From positions 1 through 41,099 of the forward strand of contig ADNK01003122.1 in the NCBI GenBank assembly GCA_000320545.1: a DNA stretch of 41,099 nt. The letters are read 5' to 3'. Below, piece by piece: positions 25,597 through 38,715 of the stretch. Made by a program: the position numbers and the translations under genes. Source of the stretch: Bigelowiella natans CCMP2755 (taxonomy: Eukaryota > Protista > Cercozoa). How positions within the stretch are numbered: the first letter of the stretch is position 1; each line of letters begins with the position of its first letter. The notes under the pieces were generated by a model. The model searched no databases, had not been told where the DNA came from, and saw only the letters and a list, made by a program, of their open reading frames with translations.

Positions 25597-27477
25597 ATGT
25601 TGTTTCCCGAAAGAATAGCTTTCAGCAGGGTTATAAATGCTGAGATTACGGTATGGAGTGATTTGCATTAACAAAACACAAGCGTGACACATAGGCACTT
25701 GTTTCATTAAATCCACCAGTTAAAGCATGAACCAGGTTGTAAAATTTGTATCAGCAAAATCTGATTTCAGTAGAAGCACGCCTAACTGGACTAAAGTCTC
25801 AATTAGAAGTTTCCTGTCCCCTCGGAAGGATTGAAAGGATATTATCAATGAACTACGACCTAATGTGTTGTACATGTGAAGATAAAATTTATACTTTTAT
25901 TTTGGCCGAAGAGGAATCTATTGCTGAAGAAATAGTGACTGGGATATTTTCTAAAGCCCTACAAAGTTCCTTTCAAAAAAGCAGCACGCCTGTGGAAGTT
26001 TCTTTTAGGATAGCTTTACCGATTAACAACACTATGCTGCAAAATGCTTTACAAAACAAATTTGAGATGCTAATGAAACTGAAATGGGGATACTTCCCAG
26101 CCAAAGATAAGATATTGATTAAGGTTTCAATCTTAAAATGTAAAATTATGAAATTAAAATTGAGCATATTTTAGGGTTCTTTACCGCTAGGAGATGAAAC
26201 CGAAACGCGAGAGGCAGTGCAAATATCTATAGGCGTAAGCAATAAGGCAAAAAAAGTTAGCATCAATATTAAGGTTGTAAAGTTTACAAGTATGTTGTTA
26301 GAATAAAATCTGTCTAAGACTTTGCTTTCTTTAGATTTTCTTTGTTTCATTAAAAGGAATAAATGTAGAAGCCCTTAAATTGATGCCCTTCCTAAGAAAT
26401 AATCCGCAACCAGTTCATGTTCTGCCTAAATTTTCAAAAGCCTTTCTGGTGGGTTTAGCTGCTAAGCATTCAGATGTTGATCTGGAATTCAAGTTGGATA
26501 GGAACCCATTTACGTATAGACTGAGTCAATTTTGGTTGGATAAATACAGTATTCGGCTACCGAAGGAATACACAAGGGTGTTTATCTATTTTCCGTTCTT
26601 CAATAGACCCATGACATATCCTTCTTGTTGCATCTTTGAGAACGATTTGGTGATTCTCCGTAGGACACTATCTCATTTGGATCAGAAAGAAAACATTTTT
26701 GAGAAAATTTATGCTTACCTACAAGGTTTGACTATCTCCGAGCATCGCTTATTTGATGCATTTCACGTTCAAGGAGGTTTACATTTACATTCAAGATTTT
26801 TAGACAATAATCTCCTCATTACAAAACAACAACGAACGAAGACATTTGCCGGGGCCATATTCGAAAAAGCTTCTAATCTCACTACTCATAAGATTCCCCT
26901 AGAAAATTCTATGGAGTGGGGCAATGGGAAACCGCGTATTACATTACGGTCTTTTAAGAGGTCATCCAAAGACGCCGTTATGTCTCCTGGAATGTTGATA
27001 GATGACTTGAATTCGGCAACATCCCTTGGTGGAAAATCACCAAAGAACACATTACTTATGAAACAGAATAACACTACTGAAATTTCACAGAAAGAGATAC
27101 CAGATATGAAAATCAACGCATCATCCAAGACAAGCGTCTTCTCCGGTAAAACCCATCCTCTTAGAACCTTATCAAATGTGAAGGGAAAACGTAAACAACA
27201 TGTCAACAAAAGGAGGCCATGCAACCTACGTAATGTACAACAATTGCAAACAAGCAATACTGATGAAGATAAGAAACATGATTTTCAAGACACCCAACCA
27301 ATTGCTTATAGAGGTGGTACCGACTCATCATCCATTAATAGACGTGTCAATTACAACAAAATGAAGGTAAAAGAACTTAAAGCAAAATTGAGAGCTCTTG
27401 GATTGAAAGTTGGAGGCCGCAAAACCGAACTTATATCCCGTCTAAAGCACCATTCTGACAATCCGACGAGTTTCTGA
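25597..27477 (+). CDS. C18orf63/DUF4708-like protein with C-terminal SAP domain
   Basis: SAP motif YNKMKVKELKAKLRALGLKVGGRKTELISRL. VHVLPKF..FWLDKYSIRLP..IYFP..MTYPSCC resembles DUF4708 motifs (YVLPS, W..YGY.LP, YF, TYP..C) as I recall them. The 5' exons with small introns (from MLFPER at ~25597) are tentative. Confidence 0.7.
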
Positions 27478-27479
27478 GT

Positions 27480-28250
27480 CATGAGATAGATGGCTTGGAA
27501 ATGGCGCGTGCGAAGAAGTGATGTCTAGATGTGTCCGCACTTGGAATAATTCGGAGTTTGAGCTAACGCCACATGCACATTTAGATGTCTTGCGTGGACA
27601 ACGCTAGCAGCAATGCATCTGTGGTCTCACGTACATGATCGACATCCACAGCAGGCATGCACGCATCGAATGCAAGTGAACAAGATGTAGCACAAGATTT
27701 CTAATCAAAAACCATGCATGTGTTCGAATGGCCTTAGACCATTTAGAAATATCGATCGGAACTGAGTAGACACGGCACGTACCTATAGAATTCATCAATT
27801 GCATGCCACAGCCACATGCATGAATGCGCCATGTAGATACGACACCCGTAGTCAGTGTGCTTGCGCTCAAGTGTAGCAGTGGCCATGCATTGCCAACGAA
27901 AAAATCATTGAAGTTGTCCATCATTGAAACATGCTCATGCATGCGGCGCGTCGCAAACAACTGATGAGTTCCATCAACGCATCTGTGATGTGCACGCTAG
28001 CACGCACGTGCAGCATGGCAATGCTATAATGCGTGTCTGCAGGCATGCTAGCATGCTAGCATGCGTAAATCGAAGGTTGTGTGCGTGATGAAAATCTAGA
28101 AACAGTCAGTGTTTAGGGAGTGAGCAAGACATTAGGGATAGCACTAGAGTAGTTAAACTTTTCGAATGAAGAATTGAACACCTAGACATTCTACATGTTA
28201 TAAAATGAGAGCACCAATGCTAGCTTGCCTCCTTAGCACAGCTATAATCA
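27480..28250. other. Intergenic island 4: TGCA/CATG/CTAG-rich, TpA partly depleted
   Basis: GCATGCTAGCATGCTAGCATGC at ~28043 and ATGTCTAGATGT at 27521. It lies between convergent 3' ends. Confidence 0.7.
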
Positions 28251-28363
28251 ATACCCACAGGGACGTATCGACGACAACTCTTTTTTTGAAAATGTAACGA
28301 ATTAGATGCAATTAATTTTAATCCAGCATCATTGGTATCTAGTGTATCCTCTTGATGCCATAC

Positions 28364-28878
28364 TTAAATCCCAAAGGTTCGCCTTAAAAAATGTTCTAAT
28401 TTCTTCACATCAAACCTGACGCCTTCTATAGCGTCATAAAAGCGTTCTCTGAGCACATTTATAAATTATAATTACATAAGCAACTGAAGTAAATAATATT
28501 TGAACCAATCCAATTGCAACTATCGAGAGGATGACTTCTGCGTCATGATAGAATCAGCGTCATCATATTAGGATGTGTAATATGTAGCCGAGCAAAACAC
28601 TTACTCACCCTTTTTCTTGTATCCTCATGAGGTCGTTGATGCTGAAGGAAGCTACAAACCTTTTTTTCCTGAAACTTTGTAGAATCTTTGACCTGAAAAA
28701 GCCTAAGCTACCTACCAAATAGAAAGGATGAAGGAAGAAGTAGAAGGAGGAAAATAAGATGACAAATCTATCTGAACGATATTTCCTTATTAACCACAGA
28801 TAGCAACACTTGAAGTGAAAGAGCGTTGATTGGATAGGGACCTCAGAAAGAAGGAAATAAGAAAGCTATATTATATAT

Positions 28879-28915
<37 letters not shown>

Positions 28916-31900
28916 GTGTGTGTGTGTGTGTATAATGTTTGTGTGTTTATAAAAGAACCAGATCGGTCAATTGGGAGTTCCGTCGTAACAAGTAATATAT
29001 TCTATTCTACCTGTGTAGTATTTCTTGATTACATAACTATCCGTTGCGATGCATGTAAAATGGAATTCATTTTCGTCAGCATCGTCCTCAGCCTAAATAA
29101 TCCAACAAATACTTAATTTTTAACATTTTGGGTAACTTCTCAAGTAGAAGCCGATTTATAAAATCATTTACAACAGATAGGCAACTACTCATTCATAGCA
29201 AAAACACACAGCCTTCGCTAACACTGACCATGATGACAACTGCATGGATAACTACCATATATTCAATCCTCACCTGCACTATAACCCCAAGTGCTTTAAG
29301 TACGTTCAGGCTGAATGTCTTCTTTTTCTAATGTAACATTTGATTGGTTTTTATCGATTTGTCGTTAAATGTCTTCTCAATCTAGAAGAAGAAGTATGTT
29401 TTTCAATTCAAACTTGCATCACTACCTTCTCTTCAGCAGCTATTGCTGATACCGATGTTCCGTGTATACTACTTTTACTCAGGTTTGAGCCCGAAGTTTT
29501 ACCACCGGAGCCAGTTTTGACTTGGACCAGATAGTCTTTGTAGAAGCTAGGTAGACGATTCGAATAGGTGTCGGGGTGATGATGATGAGGATGATGATGA
29601 TGTTGATAGTTTCAGGGGAAATAGGAATAGTAGGCTCCGTTTCAAAATGCTGTCGCTGCTGCTTCTGCTGAAACTAGTGAACATCATCATACACTATATA
29701 ATCCAATACTGCTTGCTCCAAAACCATCACTATCAAATCAATCATAATTATGTGGAAAACACACCTTCTTTGGGTCACAAGCTCCGCGGTTCTTTCGACG
29801 AGAGTATCACGTGAATTTTTCACTATTTCCATCCGCTCCAGCAGCCTTTCTTTCATTTGAGCTCTAATGTTTTATTTGATGCGACTTAGTATTGTAAATT
29901 TGAGGGAAATTTGGTCGTTGTTAGAATACCTTCTAGCATAATTTTGCACCATAGACCAGAAAGCCTTGTTGGTGATATTGGACTGCTCTTCGCTCTGTTC
30001 ATCTACTACGACTACTTTCGGTCCTGTAACCTCTTCTTCAAGTCCTTCTCTTCTTCCTTCTTTTTTTTTATGTTTGTATCCAATAGCAATCTTCTTCTTT
30101 CCTCTTATAATGCTAGTACTGTTACTATCACTGCTGCTTTTCTTGCAGTCGTCGTGATCGTTCCGTATAATTCTAAAATCCTCATCATCCTCATCACCAT
30201 TACTATTTGTGGAGACCACTAAATTGATCCATTGCATCGTTTTGTCTACTAACTCAGAAGATGTCAAAGACGTGTCTGATTGATTTGCTTCGCGCCCTAT
30301 CAGCTCTTCTTTCACCCCACTTATGTACTCTAGAATGTTTCCTTCCTTTACATCAGCAACTTCCTTCCTTGAAGACCGGCACAATTTTTGTAACGACTCC
30401 TCCTCCTCCTAAAGTATGTATAAAACAGTAGTGATGCTTATGATGTAGAGGATGGTGATAGTAGTAAACGATAGAAGAGTATAATATTGAGGAATCTTGG
30501 TAGTGGTAATAATAATGATAATGATGATAATACTAAATACCATGAAATTCCCTTTTCGCATGCTGCCTAAATTCTGCTGTGTTACACCTAAAGAAACAGA
30601 GCAGTCGCTGTCGTCGTTCTTATCATCATATTCATCATTGTGGTCATAACAATCTCAATCTTAGTTTTAATAATAAAGATATCTTCTCTCTCCTTTTGTC
30701 CCTTAACATTGTACGAAATACATTACCATTACCACTCTATTTAAAGTTAAAATAATGTTGGTGTTGCCTCATTGAGTGGTTATTTAGAGGATCACTTCCC
30801 ACTACAGTGTATCTCACCGTACCGATTTTTTATAAGTTTCTACAACATATTATTTTTCTTCATACCATATTTCTTCAAATCCGAAATGCTTGAAATCGGA
30901 ATTTCAAGAATGATAGAGCGACGATCATATTTAACAGTAAGGTCATTGGGGAGCTTCTCGACAGTGTTTCTAAATACAGTGGTATGATTAGTTGAATAGT
31001 CAGCTTCTCGACAGTGTTTCTAAATACAGTGGGGTATGATTAGTTGAATAGTCAGCTGAAGTGTTTCTAAATACAGTGGTATGATTAGTTGAATAGTCAG
31101 CTGAAGTAAGTGGTGGGTAAATTATGTCACTTCATAACAGATTGTTCTATCTTAATACCGTAAGAAATTATCTGACTCCTCAGGTGGGACAATTGAATCC
31201 AAATTTCCTTTCTGGAGTATAGTATGGTATGCATCAAATTTAATATAATCATCACGTTAAATGCATAGACAAATTCGTAACATTCTATAGAAAGATTCTT
31301 CGCTCAACGTGCACGTAATTATCTTCATGTAGCATAGATATAGTGCAACACAGCTGTTACATTATAAATATTCAAAGCTAGTTAATATTTATTTTTACCA
31401 AATGCGTGTGCAGCAAATGTATTTGCTCATATGTTAAACGAATTGGCCGTATGGAATTTGATGACAAAAGTTCATCATCCTGAATATAGCAGCACATAAA
31501 AAGCATGGAGAAAAGTTTATTGATCCTTGTTCCAGAAGGTTACTAGTACGGCACGAACAATTATGACTGAACGAATGCTCGAAGAAGCGTTGAATTATCG
31601 TATGTAGGCTGCTGCTTGCATGTTTGTGTCAACAACAACACTGAGTGCTCTCATTTTCCCCCAGAGACAGTACACAATAAACATCATACTTAAAATATTA
31701 TCAATACTGCAGCGTGTATGTGTATGCGTGTCCTTTCCTTCTCTCTTCAACTCTCTCTCTCTCTCTCTCTCTCTCTCCCCCCCCCCCCCCCCCTTCTCTT
31801 TTTCTCGCCTGGAGATTCCTTTGGAGAGTGCCTACTGCCACGACAGCTTTAAAGAACTCGGTCATGCCCTTTAAAGAAATAAGTGAAGAAAGAATAGTTG

Positions 31901-33846
31901 GTCAGGTAATGATTGATTGATCCATTCACTGTGTTGAACTGTAACTCTACTAATGAATAATATTGATTGACTAACTGAAGGAAGGATGATCCAAATACGT
32001 CGTTTCTTCTCATCGAGAAGCACTGTTTTTAGAATTGATACTAATACAACTACTATTATGTCTCCTACCGTTCGATGCTGTTCGAGAAAATCATTACATA
32101 TCGCCATGTATTTTTCCTTGATCCCAAAAGCCTTTCCATTAGAGAGATTTTGTAGAACCTAAAATACCAAAAATTTTATAAGTACTTCGAATACACACTT
32201 GGTATCGATGATGGTGACGACGACGAAACAACAAGAATAATATTCATTTTTCGATCAATCATAGGAAAATCGAGTAGATGTAACAGAATCGAGTTGCATG
32301 GCATATCTGTGCTGCTGCCACATTGATGGTTTAATGAATATACCCCACCACCACCACCACCACCTTGGCTACAAGAATTAGATTCCTGCGTCGGACTTTG
32401 ACTAAATTTCCACACGGAAATATGGTCGATGGGTTCACAATTACAGGGTTCAAATAGCGCAAATAGATAAAACCTAGAACGAACAACAATCACAACAACA
32501 ATGGTAATAACAATTGTAACGATGATGATCACGATCATGATGATAACAATGATAAAATAATGTAATATTAATATCAAATATGTGGTGTGAGTTTGCGGGT
32601 GGTCTGCTCTTAGCTCCTCTCTCTCAGCACTGCTCTTTTTCTGCCCTCCACAACAGTTTTTCTAATGTTTCTTTATTGGCATATTGTCAGTCTCCTTGGG
32701 CAATCAGTAGTACCTCCAACAAGTTTGTCAAGATTCTTTGCACTTAGATCAGGGAAGATGCTCTTTCCAATTTCTCCTACCTAATGATGGAATTATTCAG
32801 TCGTTAGAGGTGGTGTCATCAAAAACTATTGAACTATTACAGAACTAACGAAAATAGGGACAATATACATAATACCCTCTTGCAAATCCAACGAATGCCA
32901 AAGGGAATGTCGTCTACGCACTGGACGATTCTTTAGAACAAAATTAAACATTATGAATCAGTACAACTTCTTCTGTGCAGAAGGGCTGAACCCCTCTTTA
33001 TTAACATATACTCTGGTACGTACCTGATGACACACAGACCACTACTGCTACTCTACTTACTACTACTGGTGATGATGCTGCTAGTAGTAGTAGTACCTTT
33101 TAAATATATCTGTGCAAATACGAAGCAATTCTTTAACCCTTCTCTTTTGGACTTCTATCACGCGAACATCCTGAATGAAGAGGAAATTTTCCAATTAAGC
33201 TCCTACGTGCACTGATGTTATATGTACTTTTTGGATTTAACTATTTATGGAGAAAAGGACTTGAAATAAACATTTTATGAAGAAAAGGATAAAGACGGAT
33301 ATGGGGGGGTAGCAGAAGTAGCTCTGACTACTGCCAGACAGCAAACTAGTACATTGAAATAGTGGGGAAGTAGTGGTAAATGATACTGTTAAGTAGTAGC
33401 GAAGGTTGTGCAGTCTTTGAACAACATGATGGGGGAAGAAGCAGGAGGTCAGAGGGAGAGGGAAAAGAAAACATCTTCACTTTCTCAGCGTCTCTATTGT
33501 ATATAAGTGCCTTTTCACCCAGATTGTCAATTTCTCTGAAACAGCAGATAACAGCAGATAAGAAAGAAATGGACAATCTGCCATTTTATGGTGATTCCTT
33601 CTTAAAAAGAAGGAAGGAAGTCATTAGAGCTACTACTACTACTACTACTACTACTCTCCACTACTATACAAATAGCTTGAGAATAGTGCTATATATTATC
33701 CACTGCTATACAATATAGCTTGGGAATAATGCTATAATATAGTTTCCCTAATGACAAAGGAGAAAAACAATTATAATGAGCATATTATCAGCTAAAGAAA
33801 AAGATGTCTCATCTTCTTAGTACATACTGCTTGTATATCTATCTAC

Positions 33847-33885
<39 letters not shown>

Positions 33886-35352
33886 CTTAGGATTTCTGAG
33901 GGTCTTAATTCTAAATTATCTTTCGATTCAATGAGTTTTTTGAGAGGATCATGAAGAATAGTTCTCAAAACCGTTAATCCCTAATAGGTTGTCACGAACC
34001 AAACATAATCATCATAACGGAATATGTGATTGTAAGCACTCTTTTACCCTTCCTCTTGTTGCATAAGCATCAAAGAGCCTGGTGGTGATAGTTGCTGTAC
34101 GAAATAGACTGTTGATTCCTACATCTTTCTCTTTCTGCATTGTTTGTGAGATAGAATAAAGAAATGAGATATAAGATTCTACTGAAGATCTAGAGCAAAC
34201 AGTCTTTACTGGTATCTGTGTGTGCAGCACCACCTGATCTCTTATTTCTCTCTCCAGCATCAGTTCAAAGAATTCTAGCAAAAGCCGTTCCTCTCGAGGA
34301 TCATGCTAAAAATCATCATATGGTTATTCTCAAAAACATATATATATATACTATGATAAAATCAAATACCAATAGCAATGAACCCCAGAAATTGCGTAGA
34401 CATTTTCAAAAGAAACGACGTTACTACCTGGTCTCCAAACAACTCAAAAATCACCATTTGAGTGAAACTTTCCGTAGCTTTGACAGGTAGAACTTGTGCG
34501 AAAGCTGACAAATAGCTACCACAATAACATCATAATTATTTCTGGGCTGATATTTCAGTGATTTAATCATATCAAATAGCAGCAGTGTCTGTCTGTTATG
34601 CACCGTGGTTGGTTTTGCAATACGTGAGCCACCGTAGCAAAAGCTTCCCTATATTATACAATTGTCAGTACCCGCTGATTTTTAAAACCTCTTTTGATTG
34701 TTATATTACTCATGATCTAAAACAAGATCCTTTTCTCCTGCTTCAATCATGGTCATTGTATCCTCGATGTACATTCTCTACGCATAAACCACAACAAAAA
34801 TGAAAGGAGGACGCTTATGACATCGCCATTAGCAAACGAGAAGATTTTGGCACACTTTATCTATCGAACTCTTCTTTTTCCTAACGGCCAAGCCAATCTG
34901 ATCCATGTAGAATTTAATCGCAGCTTGCAACATGAAATTTTTCCTGTGCATCAAATGATTATCAAAATATTAGCAAAACAACATGATATAACAGGTAGAA
35001 TATACCTTGCAATTTTCAGTACTTCTTGTCTAAGCAAGCGTATCTTGCTCTCTAATTTGGCACTCTCATCAACCTGGATACCATTTTAGGTGGTCTTATT
35101 GGTCATAGGCAAACATTACTTGGAGAAGGAGAAATAATTATTGGACTACTAATACTCACCATTTTCTTCACTTCCGCATCTCTTAGAAGCTGCAAGCCTT
35201 TTCTTAGATCGAATTTTGATTCTTCCCTTGCCACCTCGACCTAGCGAAAGAGCCCCAGCGAATCAAAATTTTGTCTCCATCAATGTACAGCAAATGCTTA
35301 GCAATACCAAGAGAGCATGCTTTGGCCCTTTTTGCTGCAGTCGTTGTTCCAT
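28364..35352 (-). CDS. IQGAP-related RasGAP (GAPA/DGAP1 type: coiled coil, RasGAP domain, RasGAP_C), many exons
   Basis: Spliced motifs LRQEVLKIAR|KNFML..MDQIGLAV, VLQNQPR, FELFGDQ|HDPREERLLL, SLFRTATITTRL, DNLELRP, DDIPFGIRWICK, G|FIYLRYLNPVIVNP, ILQNLSNGKAFGIKEKYM, SINDLMRIQEKG, RFDVKKLEHFLRRTFGI*. The start may extend upstream. Confidence 0.85.
30952..31106. repeat. Tandem repeat, ~50 bp x3, overlapping an intron/exon boundary of the RasGAP gene
   Basis: Core AGTGTTTCTAAATACAGTGG(GG)TATGATTAGTTGAATAGTCAGCT occurs three times. Confidence 0.95.
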
Positions 35353-36312
35353 TATCGTTCGTCCCTTTGAAGATTCCCTTGAAGACGTTCAGATGCTTTT
35401 TCCCTGCGACTATATAGCCCCATTACACAGACTGGTCCGCTATTCCTTCTTAAGTCTCGGTGTTCTGGCTCGACAGAGTAGTCCCCTCCCCTTTGAAAAT
35501 ATGACATTGATTTAATAGATTTAACAGTGCTAATCCTCCACTTTGGTTCTGCATCCACCACCTACCTTTTTCCAAATTCTGCCTTGTTTTAGAAAGTCCC
35601 GTTGCTTCGTTGGTTGGTTGGCGGGTTCTCTCTCCCCCTCCTTCTGTTTGTTCTTGGTGGGTATTATTATCCTCTCAACTATGTGGCTTGACTACTACTC
35701 GGCGAGTATTATATGTGTATTACGCTAGTACAGGCCTGTAGTAGGAGTACCATGTCGTTATGTCGTTACAATAATCTTACATCGAATCTTATCAACTATA
35801 TCTATAGTTTCCATGTCGTTACCTTGTAAATGACCTCCACCTCTTGATACAACACCAGTAGACATAAGAACAGATGGAAACCCCATGTAAAGCCTATGTT
35901 ACGACATGCCAATGATGTCTAGATTCCTATATTTTCCATTCCACATGTAGATCTAATATTTATTGGAGCATCTAGATCTACGATCTATCCGGGATGATAA
36001 TCCAAATCCAACAATAACAACATTTAAATCTACAAATAATCTCACGCTGTCAAATAATTTACGATGTTCATAGGTAAAAAAAAATGATATAGTAGTCGAT
36101 CAGTAGATTAGTGTACTGATTAACAGTAGATCCAATGGAAGATAGAAATGATCATGATCGGTACTGATTTGATACGATGAGAGGAAAGAGGTGGAGGAAG
36201 ACCAACGTTAGAATATGGACGAAGTTATTTTCCCATTGGTAAAGGAAGATCTCATAGAAAGAAATATAGCCATGAGGAACAACTGATCGGCAAAACACTG
36301 TGATTCTCAACG

Positions 36313-37486
36313 ATGAAAGGAGAACTACTGGTGATGCTGCTGTTGATTCTGCTTTTGATTCTGCTGTTACTGCTTCGATTACGATCCAAATACAAGCTTT
36401 TACTTGCTACTACTCACCAATCTAAACATAGTTCGAATTATTCAAAGATACATCTGGCCCTTCCTCGACGATGTATTTATCTCATGGTGGTTTTGCTTAG
36501 TAGTGGATGCGCAATGATTAGTTGGAGACGCAGCTACTATCGTAGCGTAGTAGTAGTAGTATTACCACGATGGAGTTCTTCTCCGTCTTCTTCTCCTTCT
36601 TCTTCTTCGACGCCAACACATCTACTTCAACTTGGCTGTGACGAGCATTCAGCACCTCCAGCAGGAGCACTACAACAAACCTATCATCCTCATTATCATC
36701 ATGATCATCATGATCATCATTACCAGGTGCCTCAGCAGCCAAGCCATTCGGTCGGTTGGATAATAAGATGCTAATCTGAGATGTTAACTACTTTTTTGTG
36801 AGTTGGCTTTGAGTAGTACCATTGAGAAGATATCTGTGGTTGTTTGTGGTGGTAATGCTGATATGAAGAATTTTATAAGAATGAAGTTGTCATTCAAAAT
36901 AAGTGACTCACCTTGATCTTATTATTATTATTATTATTATTGTTATTATTATTATTTCTAGGATGAGTTTACATTGGCGCTGACACGGCAGTTGGTACTA
37001 AATGAGTAGTCTTAAATAATGGAGAGGTGATGATTCGTTTGAGTATTTGTAGATGAAGAGATCAATTCTGATTATATACGCCAGTATTGTTGATTCATCC
37101 TCTACTAGTAGTATAATTGTTCTTCTGTCGATGATTAAACAAACACCACCCAATAGATCTACTTACTACTATATATTCTATACGTAGTTGCTTCTTTCTG
37201 AGTCGCTTGCCACGGAACGAGTAATAAGATATACATACTCATTCATTTACTTACTATTACTGTGCTCATATGGAGGAAAAACCATTGCTGTTAAATAGCA
37301 GTAGGGAAAGAGGAGGGAGGGGATAATTTAGAAGACAATACGGAAGGTTACAGTGATGATGACAGCGGTTTTTGTTTAGGCAAGGAACAACATGTTGGAG
37401 CGCCGAATACGTCAACTCAGGCCTGAGTCAAAGAGAAATCTAGGAGGGCTGCTGGATGATGGTCACCAAGAGATGGGTAAGAACTA

Positions 37487-37518
<32 letters not shown>

Positions 37519-38265
37519 CGGACGACGAATACACGCAGAGGAAGATATTCACTTCTTTTTAACTGTAAATAAGTCATAAATACTGTGATGATTGAGAGAA
37601 CAATAGTCTTCCCCTAACCGTAAATAAGTAATAAATACTATGATAATGAGATTAGCCACGTGATGGTGATGATGGTGATGAGGGCTAACTTCTTATTCTG
37701 GTATTCGTCCCCAGATTATTCACGTTCTGACATCATCAAGCAGCAAAAATTTGAATATGATTCTCGTATCGGCCCTCCAAAAACAATGGCAGCAGCTGTT
37801 GAAAATGTACAAGTACTACAACTACTACTACTACTATCTGTCTATTATGTATTGATGATGATGATGATCATGATCATGATGATGATATATTTTTCTTCTC
37901 TCTCTCTCTCTCTCTCTCTCTCCTCCTCCTCCTCCTCCTCCCTTCAAGTACTAGCCGATGAGCTACTACTACTCTAAGCAGAAACCTCTAGTTTACCAAT
38001 ATATGATATGTATAATATGAATATTCATTAATATTCATTAACAACTTAAACAGAAGATCAGAAAAGAAGAAAATGATTTGGAAAAGGAAAGACAACAACT
38101 CATTCTTCGCAATAGAGAAACACTGAAACGAATATTAGGTATCTTCATGATGATAGTGATGATGATGATAATAATGATGATGATGATGATGTTTTCTTAT
38201 TCTAAGAACAAAATTGTTATCGGTCTTGATGATAATCTCACTCACTCACACTACCAAGTGCATAC

Positions 38266-38307
<42 letters not shown>

Positions 38308-38678
38308 CGGCAGGAAGCGAAGCATTGGAAATGATGTCACCTTCTGAACAACTACACCAACAAATGGGATGGGATACTAACCCCTCAGAACAACGACGAC
38401 GACAACAGGTTTTATCCTCCTACCCCATCCCTAATGCTGCTCCTGCTGCTACGTTTGCTTGAAAGAGATACCACCCATATAACGACGACGATGATGATGA
38501 CTAAACCACTGATAATTAATCTAACTATTACGGTTTTATGTAGTACGGAGCAGGTAATAATCAGCATATTTGTAGTCTCTCTACTTACTTCTGCTGCCTC
38601 TCCTTACCACCACTATTCCTCCTCCACCTATTCATAATTAGTTCTAGTGCCTAATGTATGCACAACACTCACACATGC

Positions 38679-38715
<37 letters not shown>

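Noticed and set aside
5510-27477. Operon-like functional cluster (SHPRH, methyltransferase, SAP protein) causing the mutagenesis
   Set aside because: These are ordinary eukaryotic neighbours. The methyltransferase is membrane-anchored and lacks DNA-methyltransferase motifs (DPPY/NPPY, PC).
27604-27960. 118-aa - strand ORF, and likewise 22707-23117 and 4838-5044
   Set aside because: They lie inside the compositional islands and show no homology or splice structure.
28110-28140. Telomere-like TTAGGG words
   Set aside because: Only two isolated copies, with no array.
30952-31106. CRISPR-like array
   Set aside because: The units are contiguous with no unique spacers, there are no cas genes, and the context is a eukaryotic intron.
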